A DNA stretch of 64,000 nt. It comes from Camelus dromedarius (Eukaryota). The position numbers and the translations under genes were made by a program. This document shows positions 27,041 through 41,868 of this stretch, piece by piece. The first letter of the stretch is position 1. Each line of letters starts with the position of its first letter. Below the pieces are notes generated by a model. That model was given only the letters and a program-made list of their open reading frames with translations, was not told where the DNA came from and did not search any database. The stretch is from assembly GCF_036321535.1 (NCBI RefSeq), contig NC_087436.1:66156001-66220000 (forward strand). Direction: 5' to 3'.

Positions 27041-27675
27041 AGAGTAGTCACTAGGTAAAGTATTTAAAGTGAGAAAGAACTTTAGAGTGGTAAATAATAA
27101 AAATTCAAATGGACTTAAATCTGGATGCATATGGTGGCTTAAAGCAAGTGAAAAATATGCTTTATTTTATATAAACTTTATTGAGTAATTTGACTACTTG
27201 TTGCTTCTCAATAGCATTCATTTGAAAAATAGCAGAGTGTTGATTCAATATTCTACTTTCCCTCAGCATTATCGTTATGTGGATAAATATGAAATATGAA
27301 ATTTTTAGCTAATTAAAAATTAGTTTTTTATATGGAAAAATCATCTTTTAAAATGTTTTGATTCAGAACATAATCAAAACATTTTTCCTTTTTCAGCATC
27401 TTCTGTACTCTCAGTTCTTTGAGGTTTCAATTTTATCTTTAATCAGTACAACTAAATATTTAATAATGTACAGTGTGGGGAATGTCAAATTTTAATAAAC
27501 CACAATGGACTTTGGTTAATATATTAGAAGTTATATATTATACATCACATCATATTCTACAGATTTTTCTGAAAACATGCCCAATTAAATCCTGCTGTAT
27601 CCAGACTGAAAGACATGATTGGAACAGAAAATAGAAAATTTCAGCAGTAAGATTCTTTTTGTTTACTACTAGGTA

Positions 27676-27999
27676 CAGTAGTCTCCCCTTATCTTCAGTT
27701 TCACTTTTTGCAGTTTCAGTTACCCATTGTCATTTGTGGTCTAAATATATTAAATTGAAAATTCTGGAAATTCACAATTCATAAACTTTAAATTGCCCAC
27801 CATTCTGAGTAGCATGATGAAATCTTAGGCCATTTCACTGTGTTTGGACATTTTCTTAATATGTTTATAAATTAAACTTTGTTATAGGCATGCAGGTTAA
27901 GGAAAAAACATAGCATATGTAACGTTCATACTATCCAAGCTTTCAGGCAATTGCTGAAGGTCTTCAAGTGTATCTCCCACAGAAAAGGGGAGACAATGG
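27676..27999. mobile_element. MER44A-like Tigger (TcMar) MITE
   Basis: TA-flanked inverted ends cagtagtctccccttatc / gaaaaggggagacaatg, internal ttctgagtagcatgatgaaatct. Confidence 0.85.
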
Positions 28000-30900
28000 T
28001 ATTGTGCCTCAGTCAGTAGCATGTTGGCATTGTAACAAAGATTCCAGTGACCGATGACCAAAACAAAGGATTGAAGGAGACGAACTTGCAGGGATATATA
28101 ATTTATATATTGTTCTTTCTTAAAAGTTTCATCATATTAAGCATTCTCTACTTTAAATAAGTGAAAATAAGTGTCAAAAAAAACCCAAAACCCTAATACA
28201 GAATTTGTAGTCATCAAGTGGTCAGGCTGTCATATTGCAAAGTAAAATCCTCTTCGTTTCCACAGTAAAAACAAGTCATCTTTGTTCAATGATTTTATAT
28301 TTTTAGAGGAATGAACATAATAGTCATCTTATTTCTGCATATCTATTATTCCCTTCAGTTTTATATAAATTATTATTAATTATTGGCAGCTCTAATACCT
28401 AATATTGTTATCATTTAAGCAATGTGATAGTCATTTTACTAATTCATTTGAAATGCAGAAATCTGCCAAAATATGTCTAACACCCATAAGCTTGTTTGAG
28501 TTTCAGCTATTTTTATTTTCTCTAGTAATAGTGATGGTAATAACAATAATTACAATTTTGTTTTATTTATTTTAACTTAATATTTCAAGAATAAGGAAAC
28601 TTCAGGTTAAATATATGATTACAGGAAGTTTCACCTGTAATACATATCAACTATTCTGATCTTGGGACGTTAACGTATACCTTAAGGGATAAATCATATC
28701 ACATAGACTGAAATACTATTTGATATAATAAACCAATATTACACAGTTTCAGCATTCATTGTCTTATAATTTATATTACTATGATCATAAAATTATAGAA
28801 CTACATACATTTATTACATGTTCCTAGATATGGTAAAGTTCCTAGATAAGATATGATATATTGTTCCCAGAATCCTCTCCACTAATTACTGTTCTATGCA
28901 CAAGGTCCTTTTCAGCTAATTGTTACAAGAGAAGGTGTGACTTCTTGATAAGAGCCTAATTTATTACTTCCCCAAGATTTTCCATTTTGATAATAAAAAT
29001 ACAAACTTAACCTAAATGACTGAATAACTAATGGTGAGAATGAAGGTACAGAGGTAAAACCAGGAAGAAAAATTATTTTCAGCACTCTGCAAACCATGTC
29101 TTATGAGTTATTATCTATTCCTTCATTTCCTACATTATTAAAGACAGTAAGAAAGGCAAGAAAAAAATTCTTTTTCTCATGAAACTCTCAATGTACAAAA
29201 AATTGAAAAATCATAATTGCTTCTGGGGAGCAAAACTAAAGTTGAGAGTCGATGAAGGAAATAGGATTGTTAATTATATAAAATATATAGTGTTTTGCAA
29301 TGGTGAGTTTGGTGTTCTGTGGATAAAGTTGGGTTCAGAGGATAAAGGGGGTCATAGAACTATGAAGAGGCTGGATTATAGTGTATCTCCACAGTACTTA
29401 CAGCAGAAAAACCAAGTTACATCCAGATGTTATGGAGAAAGATATTCTGAAGTCTTTATAAATTTGCATATATTTGATTCTACTTGTTTGATTTTTTTCC
29501 TTGTAGATTTTGTGATAGCAGGATATATTCGAGGAAGGAAAGTTATGTTGAAAGTCAGAAAGAATTTATAAAAAAAAAAAAAAGAAGTGATAGAATACTT
29601 CTTATAATACAGTGTAAGCATTGCAAAACCTACCAAAATCAAAGATTTTACACAAAGAATCATTACCTGATTTTAGAAAATACACATTGTAAAGTGTCTT
29701 GTTTTATTTGCAATATACTTTGGTTAGTATATTAGGGAACACGATAGTAGTAGAAATAAAACAGAGGGAGCAGAAGAGAGTATTACAATTGTTGATGGTT
29801 AGTCCACAAAAGGGATGATTCACACAATAATAATTAAGAATTAGCTGTAATTGTATTCAACAAAGTTCTAACATATTATCTTCTTACCAAATGGTAATCT
29901 GGCTCTACATAACAACAGAAATGAAAACAACTTTAAATGAATGTGTTTTTCTTCTGTGTTGAAGCAGTGTGAGATCAGTAAATGAAAACAGAAATTTCTC
30001 AAACATAACATTTTATTAGTAAAAAAAAATTAGCACTTGCATATATGATATGCAACTTTCTGGTTGAATTTTATACAAGATTTCTTTTTACACCTTTATT
30101 GTGGTATGATTCCTGTAGAGTAAACTACACGTTGAAACCACCACCACAATCAAGATAGCTAACATTTCAATCACTCCCCAAGAGGTGCAAACAAGATTAA
30201 TCCATGAATTTCCCCTTTGTTCCTTCTATATAATAATTGATTCTACATAATGTTATGTATGCTAGGCATCTTCAGTTTAAGTGATTATATATAAACTCAG
30301 TCAACTCATTATTTGTTATATTCTGTATTAGAATCAATTTCTTAAAATTTATCTTACTATCATATTTTATTTCTAAAAGTTGAATGTCTTGCTTGCATTG
30401 ATTATTATTGAGAAGCCGCAGAACTAGCAGGCCTTCCTTTTTAATTTGTCATCACAATTTGTGATTTTAACAGTCATGGTGGACCTTTAGTCTCATTTCT
30501 AAATTTCAATTTGCAGTGGAACAAAATTGCATTCAAAATTTGACTTTCAAATAATATTTTTTCCATATATTTAGTACTATCTATAATTAAAAGCACAGGT
30601 TATTTTCTTATCTTAATTTTGGTCTATGATTAAAACATACTGCTTCTTATGTGCTTGGACTTGTGGAATTAAAGTTATCACATTTACTTACTATGTCTGT
30701 ATTGGACATACTATGCAGAGTACTAACCTATATTTGTGTAATTTGGCATCTTGGCCCCTACAAGACAGCAATTGTGATAAAAGATTCCTATTTGCCTAGT
30801 TCTTTTTATTATTATTTAATAAACATTTTCCAATGGGTGATATATAAAATATCATTGATTAATAAAGACATGTATGAGGAGGAGGCCCTAGTAGCTTGAC

Positions 30901-32548
30901 AAAAAGAGCAGTTTTTAAAAGTCTTCAGAGGAAAGTATATATAGCAAACTACTAGAATTTCAATTATTTCCAGTTATGACTCTTTTCATTTTTTAAGAAA
31001 AATATTATAGCTATGATGGCATATAATGATTTAGAAAGCTACAAATTTTAAGAAAATTATTGTTTTATACTAGAGCTATAGATTTATAACTATATCACAT
31101 TTGAGAAAAGGAGGAAAGCAAGACTGTTATATAAAATGGAAGTTGTGTAAATATTTTCAAGTGTCATTGTAAATATTATATAATATTATGCAAATATTGT
31201 GTTATGTAAATTTCTTTCACTAATGAGTTAATTGAGTTTGCACATAATCACCTAAATGACAGTAAACAAGTTGCAAAAAAAAAAGTAGGATATAATAATA
31301 GGAAAGAAGGAAAATGTGAGAAACAATTAGGCATTAATCTAAAAATGTATCTGAATAAGTAGCAAGTATGTGTTTATTATTTTTTAATCCATTATTTCAT
31401 TCTTCCATTTGATCAAATTTACTGAACAGTTAATATACAGAAAACATTAGGCTCAGAACAATATAGATTAGCGATGAAGGCATCAAAATAAATAAATTGT
31501 ACGATTGCTGTCTATAAACAGTATACACACATGGAAAATTAAAAGGTGGTGATATATTTATGACATATTTGCTTAAAAATTCTAAACAAAATAATTTGTG
31601 TCATTAAAGCAAGTAGGGAGCTCCTACTTTGTAGGATACTAGGTGTAAAAAAGATAAAAGCATAACCTGCCCCTCTCACAGCCAACACAGTAGTGGATGT
31701 TATTAACCAAATTATTGATTATGTATATATGTACATGCATACAGGTTCATATAAGAGTTTTTCATAAAGTGTAGTGTTATAATTTGTGCCTTGTACAAAA
31801 TGGTGGGGTATAAGTTGTTCAATACAAACTTTACAAAGGATCTGGACATGTGCATGAATCATGAGAATTTATCAGTGTATCATGGGCAGGAATAGTGCAG
31901 TTAATCTTTCAAGGGTAGGAATGAGGAAAAACAAGAATAAGGAATGAAAGCATGCAATTATGTGGTATATGGAGCCAAATATCTATCTAATAAAATAATG
32001 CATTTCCGAAATAATAAATAGTCTGTTGTACTCAGATTGATTTATATCAGATTCAAACAATATGTATGTAAAGTTAAATGGAATGAGCTAAAGACCTGAA
32101 CTGAGAACAATAAGTAAAGAGCCCCATTTCATTAAAAAAAATGAACTTTGTTTTCATCCAGAATTACTCAACAATTACACCAAAGTGGTTTTTGGATGAT
32201 CATCAGGTAGACTTGTAAAACTTTTTATTCTTAGAAGTCCGTAAGTTGGTAAATGTGCAGATAATAAGAATTACTGAGTTTAATTTTTTTCAAAATTTAC
32301 TCTATTTCAAATAATTCTAATCATCATTTATAGATGAATAGAACATTTTGATTAAAAGATTTAGAGAACTAATGACTTGATTATAGGAAGTTATTTGATT
32401 TATTTCATTTAATACCATTATGTATATGATATAAAATAAATTAAATTTTCTACATGACAAATCCTCAAATATAATCTGTTTGAATTCTGAATAATGCTAC
32501 AATTAGAGTATGAATAGCCAATAATATAAATATAATATAAATACATAC

Positions 32549-32592
32549 CAGAAAGTTGATAGCAGATACTATGACTTGCCTGTTTCCAAATG
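32549..32592 (-). CDS. TECRL: TECRL exon 8 (44 nt): (S)FGNRQVIVSAINFL
   Basis: Acceptor ttctgctttgtag|, donor CTG|gtatgt; phases match exons 7 and 9. Confidence 0.94.
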
Positions 32593-32949
32593 CTACAAAG
32601 CAGAAAAAGAAAATGTTAGGTAAACACTCAGTTTTTGGATTGCATACTACACATATAATTCAGGCAAGGCTTACTGACTATCACTACCCTCTAATCAAAA
32701 GTACTATGTGATACATAATTAACCTTTTGGGATGATACTTTTGCAGTCTAAAGAGATGGTAATTTCCACATAATATTTTTCTTCTAGTAAACTAATGATA
32801 TTTAGGATATAAATGGAATCTATTTTTAATTTGCATTATTAAACTCTTTGATGGCCTATTAATCTATCTCATTGTCACTTTAAAAAGCACATTAGTATGA
32901 CCTAACATCATGACAATCAGTATCTCTTTTAATGTTCAACAGTAAAAAG

Positions 32950-33170
32950 AAAAATGCTAGTAATAGTAATTTTTATTTTTGCATTGATGTTTTACAACAG
33001 GCAATATGTTAGTGTTTTATAATTTTTCTTCATAAAAACAAATATATGAAGTAAGTATCATTGTTCTCACCTTACAGTAAAGAAAAATATAGTTTAGGTA
33101 GCTTGCCACATCATATAAATAATAATGGACAAAATGGAATTTGAAACCGGGTTCTAAATTCACCTTGTTC
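32950..33170 (-). mobile_element. MIR remnant
   Basis: gaagtaagtatcattgttctcaccttacag, ggtagcttgcc, ggaatttgaaaccggg. Confidence 0.55.
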
Positions 33171-34029
33171 ATGGTGGAGAAGTAGGGATATACAAAACTA
33201 ATGAAAAATAGAATTATCTAACAAGCTCATTATCTGTATTAACAGTTGAATTTCTTCTAGTTTTATGTGTGTGTACATGTAAATTGTATTTATTTATATA
33301 AACACATCTACAAATAAAAATTAATGTAATGCCTCACTTTGAATCTTGGATTTTTTTATGTAAGCGCATATTCAAGGACTTTTCATAATTCATTGAACAT
33401 TTATTGTCAAAGGTATGATAGAATCTGCTTCATAATAATGTACAGTGTGGTTAGCTCTTAAAACATTAACTTATTCAATTGTTGCATAGTTAGGGTCACT
33501 TTAATTTTATGTGTAATAGACAATACTGCTTCAAACATCTTTCTGTATAAATCTTTTACTGAAGTCCTATTAACATGAGTTAGAAACTCAAAAGTATAAT
33601 TTAGTTAAAAGTTATATAAGTATTAATACATGGATATATGTATGAAGTACATATTAAAAACATATACATGTATTAGAAGTTTTGTTTTTATAAAGTGCAT
33701 GTATATAATTATAAAATAAAATACATTAATGAAGAAATTTGGGAAAGAGATAAAGGTTCAAAGGGAAAATAAACTGCATGAAAAATCCCACCATCCATGA
33801 AAAACTAGTTAATATTCAGATTTTCCCCTTTGGAAATACACATATTTGTTATATACTTTTTACAATATTTGATAGAATAATTTTCTAATCACCTATTTCC
33901 TTAATATTATGTTATACATATTTTGCCATATAATTAAACATTTTTCCCCAGCTAAATCATAATAATTAAATGATATCTATCCCTATCTACCATAATTTTT
34001 TTTAATTTGTATCTGCTACTAGACTAAAC

Positions 34030-34380
34030 TTTATTCATTCAACACTAGTTATTAGAAATTTATATGACAGGCTGTGTACTTGTGATAAATTAATTATTAA
34101 CAGAGCCAAATACAGTCCTTACCTTAATAGAAATTACTTTCTGATAAGGAAACAAATACTCATCATATGCTAACAAATGGAAGTTTGCAGCTTTAATAAG
34201 AGTTACTAGGAAGAATCTATGCAATATTTAATATAAAAGCTAAAAAGAAGTATTTGTTGTAATCAGGGAAATCAGAGAGGACTCTGAGCACATGACTGAG
34301 CTTTGACCTAAAAAAAGATTAGATATTAACACAAAGAAGAGAGGGATTCAGAACATTTCATGCATCAGAACTGTGAAGGT
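34030..34380 (-). mobile_element. L2 3' remnant
   Basis: ttattcattcaaca start, then tgacaggctgtg and tcagagaggactctgag. Confidence 0.55.
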
Positions 34381-35883
34381 ATGCCTAGTTTTCATTTTTT
34401 AATGAAAAAAATTATGTGGTAAAAGCAGGTACTGGGCCACAGTATAACTTTATAAGATTTTTATATTAATTTCCAGAAAAAAAACCCGAAGTAACAGATA
34501 ATATAATTTGAAACAAACTTTCTAGAAAAAAATTAGCCACCATTAGAATTTTCTATAGTATTTTTATAATTTGTATATTCTACATTTAGATAGGCAAAAA
34601 ATAGGACATTTTTCCTTGACCATTTTTGATATTAAACATTTGTGTATTAAGTTTTCTGAACACATGCATTCTGGTTTGTGGTTAATGGAACATTTCTGCT
34701 ATTGGGCAGTTCAATTGTGATAATGTATTTTTCTTAATTACCTTTAAACATTGTTCAAGAAGTATGAAAAATGACCTCCCTAATGGTATATGTGTCAGAA
34801 ATACATACCACTAAGGTTTTTTCTTTTGTATTTAGATTGTGTGTGTATCTGTGCAAATGTTATTTATTTTATGCAGTCAAATCTTTTGAGAGTAGGGTTA
34901 TAGAAAATGTGAAGCTGTTAGTACAGAGGATACAGAAGTGGAAAAAAAAAAAAAAAGACCAGTTGATGTAAAAGACACAGAACAACAATTTAAATTATGA
35001 CAACATAAAAAAGAACAGAAAATTAGTAACCATAGTTATAATAAAGAAAAATACCCTGAATTAAAGATGAGTATGTAAATCAAAAGAATATATATATAAA
35101 GTGAAAGCACATTAAAAATAATGGTGAAAGAATTAAACACACATGAAAAATAAAACCACTGTTTATTTCTTCTGATTGTGAAGGTAAAATGGAGAAAGAT
35201 TACATTGTAAGCATGCAGGTTTTAAAGATAATTTTCAAGGGAAAATATGTAAAAGTTGGCTCAACTATTCTGTTGCTCTACGTATCTGAACTTAATGAAA
35301 CACCCAATTGGAGTACAATGTTTTAATATAAAGGAGTTTCTAGCTTGTTTAATTAGTATGTTTGTTTCATTTCCTTAAATATGATTGACTAATAAGATTA
35401 CAACTACTTAGCTGAAAAAGTTTAATTTGTACTCTTTTGTCACTTTGTCACAGTCTTCTCCTTAATTTTTTTTAAATTTCAGATTCAATAGTTATTTAGG
35501 GAATAGGTTTTTAAGTATCTAGTTTCAAAATTTGTGTTTAAAATTTTTGATACTGTGTTTTAAGGTTTATTTCATCTCATCTAAAGATAGTGTAGTTTGT
35601 ACTATTTCTACTTTGTAGGGACAGCATTGAATTTTTACAATCTAATATATGATCCATTTTTAAAATATTTAATCTATAAATTAAAATCAAAGAGTTATAA
35701 AAGGGGGGAAATCAATCTTTAAAAATCTTAGGCAGAGTTAATGCAAGGAAAGATTTTTTTTGTAGTGTTACTACAGGAAAGTAAAATTCTTAAGAAAATA
35801 TTAAACCTAACGAATGTCATAATCTTCTAATAAATTAGATTTGTTGGATTCGGTTATTTTCCTGCAGTGTGGGCTAATTAAGT

Positions 35884-36212
35884 TGGTATGGACTGAATGG
35901 TGTCCCCCAACATTCAGATGTTAAAGCCATAACCTTCAGTATGATGATGTTTAGAGATGGGGCTTTTGGGGAGTAATTAAGTTTAGGGATTAGTGCCCAT
36001 ATGAGAAGTGATGCCAGAGAGCTCGCTCGCACTCTCCATCTCCCTCTCCCTCCTCGATCTGTGTCTCTACCGTATGAACGCACCAGGGAACCCAATCTGC
36101 CAGCACCTTGATCTTAGACTCCCCAGCCTCCATAGTTGTGAGAAATAAATTCCTCTTGTTTAAGCCTCTCAATCTGTAGTATTTTGTTATACAGCCACGG
36201 TTGCCTAAAACA
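35884..36212 (+). mobile_element. MLT1A-like MaLR solo LTR
   Basis: tggtatggactgaat start, ctgccagcaccttgatcttagactccccagcctcca, gtgagaaataaattcctcttgtttaagcc, aca end; explains track ORFs at 35874-36172. Confidence 0.88.
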
Positions 36213-38207
36213 ACTACTAATTTAAGATACAGAAGCTTCTCCTGCTTAGATCAAAACTAAAGGTCAAATTGATGTGATGTTTTTCCTCCATAAAGATGTC
36301 TATCCAGAATCTACCTGTCTGGCTGATTGGGGGTTGGCTAACCTTCTGTTCAGATTACTACTTTCTGTGTCCAAACTGCAGGTTCTGTTCCAGTTGTTTG
36401 CTGGTTGTGAGTGAACTGAATAACAGATGTGCAGTTACCAACCACCATCAAATGTCACAGACCATGATGTGCATCAGTTATTTATAGAGTGATATGTGGA
36501 CTGAAGAGCTAGTTGCAAAATTTGTACTTTATGCAGTTGCAATTAACATATATGGTAACTAAAATTTACAGCATGGTCTTGGGGGCTGGTATTATTTAAC
36601 TAAACCATAAAAACTGAAATTCATGCATATCAGAGCCATGCAAAGCACAGAATGCCATTACATGCTATTCACTCTCTACTTGGAATCAGTGTTGTGATGC
36701 TCTGTGTATTTTCACAGAATTAAAGTCCTGCTTATATCATATGCATTTAAAAGTCTTGCACAAAGTAAAATTAACCTTTTAGGACCTTATTTTCCTAATA
36801 CATAGTGGGAAATATTAACACTTACATAATAATGTTTCTCATTACAAAATAAATAGCAATTCTGTTGTCTTTGACAAATAATGTTTTCCAAAAATATTTT
36901 GCATATATTAACACAATCAATCTCTATTATTTTGTGTCAGATATATGAACGTAGCATTTTTCAGAGGCTTCTCTTCTTAAACATACTATGGATCAAAAAT
37001 ACCACTTTTTAAAATTTTACTATTAATGTTCTAAAGTGAGTAAGTACATCTGATAAAATATTTTAAAAATCAGATGGAGTTTGTGAAATCATGGATATTA
37101 TCCTCAGTATTCATAGTTAGTTTGTTAGTATATAGAAGAATTAAAGTTTTGAACATTGCTATCATTTACTCTGATTGCTGAACTAGATTTGCTGATCTTG
37201 GCAAAGAAAGACCCTGAATAATTTAATCCTCTGTATCAGTGCTTCAAGCAAAGATACTAATTTATTTTAATATCTTTAAGGTTTAATTATTTCATAAAAT
37301 CCAAAATACAACCTGAATACATCCTTTATATCCATTTATTTCAAACTTTATAAACTAGAAATAAACCACAAAAATAACTGCTAATTAAACATGAAATTTC
37401 AACACGTAACACTAGGGCTCTACCGTGTGTGGCTTGTGGGCTGCAGTAAAAGCTGAAGAGAGAAAAGTCCACAGTATATGAAAGAAGTGGAAGTTTTTTT
37501 ATCAGGGCAAATATTTTCCCCCCAAGATTAGAAACTGAGGATTTAAGTTTGATCCAGTGTCTATTTCACTAAATTACTTCATCTGAGTCAAGGGCCAAGA
37601 CATTTGATACAGTTATAAATAGGAAACAATATGTCACATAAAAAATGCCTCTATTTTTTTCTTTTTGAGTTATACTTAAAAGAATACATTATTTACTTAT
37701 TTTTAAATCCCTGATATTTGATTGCACATGATTATGTGATTACATAGAATGTTTCTTTTTCATCTTTACCCCTTCATTTTACTCTCCATCATTATGGAGG
37801 TTTATAATCAACTTGTATTTTTTTTTCTAGAGTTTCTATGGAAGGAAAACAAATCAAAGTATATCAATAAAATTTGGTCTTTTAAACCTACATAAAAATT
37901 TAATACAGTATGTGTGAAAGCAATTTAAAATTGGCATTTTTTCATTTTTTATCATTAAAACAGAATCTCTTGAAACCAGTGTATTAGAACATTTGCAAGC
38001 ACATGTTAAACCACATACTAAAGCAATAAGTGAAAGTTTTTGAGTTTAAAAGATCTTTTGCATTTTTTCATCACGATAGAGTGGAAATCTTCCTGTCTTC
38101 AAAGTCCTTAATGTGTGCCATGTTGTTCATCATTTCTATGTAGTTTAGAGCAGAGTTTTAATATTGGCAATTTAGGATGGGGTTAGATAAGAAGAAATTC
38201 TACATAC

Positions 38208-38280
38208 ATGGTGGTGTATACTGTGGGTGATTAATGTAGTAGGCAATCCAAGAAGTGAATCCCCAATAAAAGGCACAACT
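38208..38280 (-). CDS. TECRL: TECRL exon 7 (73 nt): SCAFYWGFTSWIAYYINHPQYTPP(S)
   Basis: Acceptor ttatttgtag|, donor |gtatgt; YWGF and YYINHP motifs. Confidence 0.96.
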
Positions 38281-38312
38281 CTACAAATAACAAAATAAAA
38301 ATTAGAGGGTAT

Positions 38313-38336
38313 ACACACACACACACACACACACAC
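38313..38336. repeat. (AC)12 microsatellite, read as (GU)12 in TECRL pre-mRNA
   Basis: Read directly. Confidence 0.95.
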
Positions 38337-39331
38337 TTATTTGATATCACTAAGAAAATACATTTCTTTGCTGGGCCCTTGTTAATATAAGAAGGTATTT
38401 AGGAAATAGATAAATATAATGATGTATTTTAGGAAGATTTTTCAAGAATATTTTTTCTATCAAGTAATATATATATAAGGAAAGTAATAAAAATAATAAA
38501 TAATATCTCACAAAAGGTATACCAATAGCCATTTCCAACAGTAAAGAATAAAAGAATGAATTATCTAATCATTAGTAATAATGTTGCCTGATTGATTATA
38601 AAGAAGAAATGGCCTGTTTTAATATGATCAATTTTAATAACTTCTGTCAAAAGAGAAGCTAGACTAAATGATTTTGAGGTTTCTAAGAATTCATTACAAT
38701 TACAGTAGAATGTGTGCTTTGTTGAAATTTTTAGAAAACAGATTTTTGCCAAAATCTAGGAAGATTTTAGTAAAGACATAACTCCTTTTGATACTAAATT
38801 TTAAATTGGAAAATAGATAAAAATAAATTTTAATTTGAATTGCAACATGTTATCTAATGTACATTTCCACTTCAATGCTTCAGAAAATTTCCCATCTTCT
38901 TGAGAGTTATATGATGGTTAATAACTCTTGCAGTCATCATTTTTTGGAAGAGCAAAAGCAATGTCATTACATTGATGACAATCATAAAGATAGGGTGTAG
39001 AACCATCATTTTAATCACACATGCGTATATTTACAGGAGAGTTATATATGAGATTCCTCCTCTTCAAATGGCACTTGGTCTGAATTCAGTGCTAAGTACT
39101 TCCAAAATTGAAGGTGTCTAAAAGTATGTAGCTTGTAACATAAAGTCATGGCAAATTTTTTATGTAGGTTTTTTGGTTGAGGGCAACTCCAATAAACTAG
39201 ATCACTTAGGAAATGGTATTTTAGGGGCAGAATGCTTAAGATATGCCAATAGGGTTGAACAGAAAAATCTAGGCAAGAGAAATAAACATGATTAAATTAC
39301 TTTGAAGATTATCCAATACATAAATTTCTCA

Positions 39332-39538
<207 letters not shown>

Positions 39539-40404
39539 TTAGATGTTTATTTTACTATAATAGTCTACTTATCAGAAAATATTATTTCTGATAACTAATA
39601 CATAGGTATTTGTTTCAATAATTTTATTCTCAAAATTTTCTGAATTTATTTATAAATAAAAAGACTGTTACAATAGCCTCTATAAATTTACTTCTGATGT
39701 CACTCAAGATATTTTATAATACCAGTTATAAACTGTATGTTCACACCTGCCCCCTGTGTGTGTGTATATATATATACATATGCACATTCATATATATAAT
39801 TGCAAATGTGCTTCTATAAAAATGCCTCAAGATTGAAGCAAAAAATTCAGTTTTTAAAAGTATCCAAAACCTACTTAAAATGCATTTGACATTTTATAAT
39901 ATTCCAAATAACTTTTTCATTGTCTGGTTGTCCTTTAGCAAGTCCCATAAATTGAAAAAGTTTGAGGTTCATTTCCTACAGAGTCAGTGCAGGTTTTGTT
40001 TAGCTTGTTTTATGTTTGATTTTTGGCTACCTAACATATTGCAATATTTTGTGTGTCTCTTTGCGTATTTGTTTTTGTTGCTGTTGTTCTTATCACCTCT
40101 TTCTTGTCATTTATGTAACTATTATTTTAAAAGTAAATGTCAAATGTGATTTATGGAAGTATATTTTCCTGTTTATACTAAAGAAAAATGTATTTCCATT
40201 AATATGCACCAATTTTGTTATAAAGAAAGTTATAAAATTTACTAGTTAAAATCTGATGTACCCCTTCAAAAAACAAAAATTGAAACACAACTTTCATAGA
40301 AAAAGCCATTTCAGAACTCCTATCACCGTCAGATTCCTCTCGTTTCACACTCTTAGAAGTGCCCAATGTAAAATAAATTTGTATGTAATTGGTTGGTGTA
40401 TCTA

Positions 40405-40780
40405 TTCATTCAAAACATTATTATTGAGTATTTTTTTGAATCAGGTAATGTGATAAGCAGCAAAAATTGACTAAACTTCAAAAGACATCCATTATATAAC
40501 TTAAGCTCTTCAGAGGAAAAGCACAAATGTCTATGTAAATATATAAATTTAAGGCAGTAAATTGTATAAAAGAAAAACAATTTAGGAGCATATTTCTCAT
40601 GGAAGGAATAGAAATGGCTGCCCTGAGTAAGAAATATTGAGCTTTATTTTAAACTGAACAAGAGATAAGGAAGAGGAGAGTAATGAGGATGGAGGGAGAG
40701 GGATGGCACGTGTAAGTTCCCTTGTGGGAAAGGGGACATAGTAGTTACCAGGATATGAAAAGTAGTCATTCTGGCTGCAG
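40405..40780 (-). mobile_element. L2 3' remnant, interrupted by the younger L1
   Basis: attcattcaaaacattattattgagta start; later ggcacgtgtaagttcccttgtggg. Confidence 0.55.
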
Positions 40781-40784
40781 TACA

Positions 40785-41097
40785 GAACTCATCTACAAAA
40801 CAGAAACAGACTCGCAGACATAGTAAACAATCTTATGGTTACCAGGGGAAAGGGGGTGGGAAGGGATAAATTTTGGAGTTTGAGATTTGTAAATATTAAC
40901 CACTATATATAAAAATAGATAAAAAATAAATGTCTTCTGTATAACACAGGGAACTATATTCAATATTGTGTAATAACTTTAATGAAAAAGAATATGGAAA
41001 CGAATACATGTATATATGCATGACTGGGACATTATGATATACACCAGAAACTGACACACTGTAACTGACTATACTTCATTTAAAAAAAAAAAAAAAG
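40785..41097 (+). mobile_element. 5'-truncated lineage-specific L1 (3' UTR and poly-A)
   Basis: gaactcatctacaaaacagaaacagactcgcagacatag, cacagggaactatattcaatat, tgtaactgactatacttca, then an A-tract. Confidence 0.9.
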
Positions 41098-41868
41098 AGT
41101 AAAGGGAAGATAATTCGAGATGAGAAATCCGTGAGTCAAATTGTTCTCTATCTTCTAGTATCACTATGACATCAATTTGTCTTAATTCACTTAGAGTTTA
41201 GTCATTTGATCATGTTCCTATTTTTTAAACAAATCATGAACTACGTCTCAATGTAGTATCTTGAATAATTATTCTTTCTCTTTAATTTTGTATACAGAAA
41301 AGGAGAGACAGATAGACAGACAGATTACTTTCACAATATGCTAAGGACTGTAGTTATATATTCTGCTTTGATAATTGCCCTGGTCTTTTTTTTTTTTATG
41401 TTTTACTTTAAAATTTGATTTTGGCTTTTGACTAACTAAAGGTAAATTGTAAAATTTTTTCCCCAGGGTATTAGTTTGGTCATTATTTCTTTCCTATGCT
41501 CCTATGCAATTTTGCCCATGTTTTTAGAGAAGTATTTATACTCAGAGCCCTATATATTTCCTCTCAATTTTGTAATTTTAAGTTTCTTTTGATACTTCTA
41601 AATTTTCAGATTTATCTTGTTAATTGTGATCATTAACTGAAAAGATGTCTACTTTAAGGTATAAAGTATTAAATATTATTAAAATACAGTTACTTGTTTA
41701 TCAACTTGTAAGTTGGCATATATACATTATTTATGGTTATCTAAAACATATTTCCCTAAAATTGAATCCACTTTAAGTGGGTTTAAAAACAACCTTTATT
41801 AACATAATGTCTGTGTAATAGTTTGTCTCCTCCTTAATCTGTATGTACCATACATATGTATTACTTAC

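Noticed and set aside
29179..29735. Three overlapping ORFs of 77-130 aa in intron 8
   Set aside because: No recognisable domain, they run through an A-tract, and the lengths are compatible with chance.
36330..36660. Possible Tigger-like DNA transposon relic
   Set aside because: Could not identify terminal repeats or a family with confidence.
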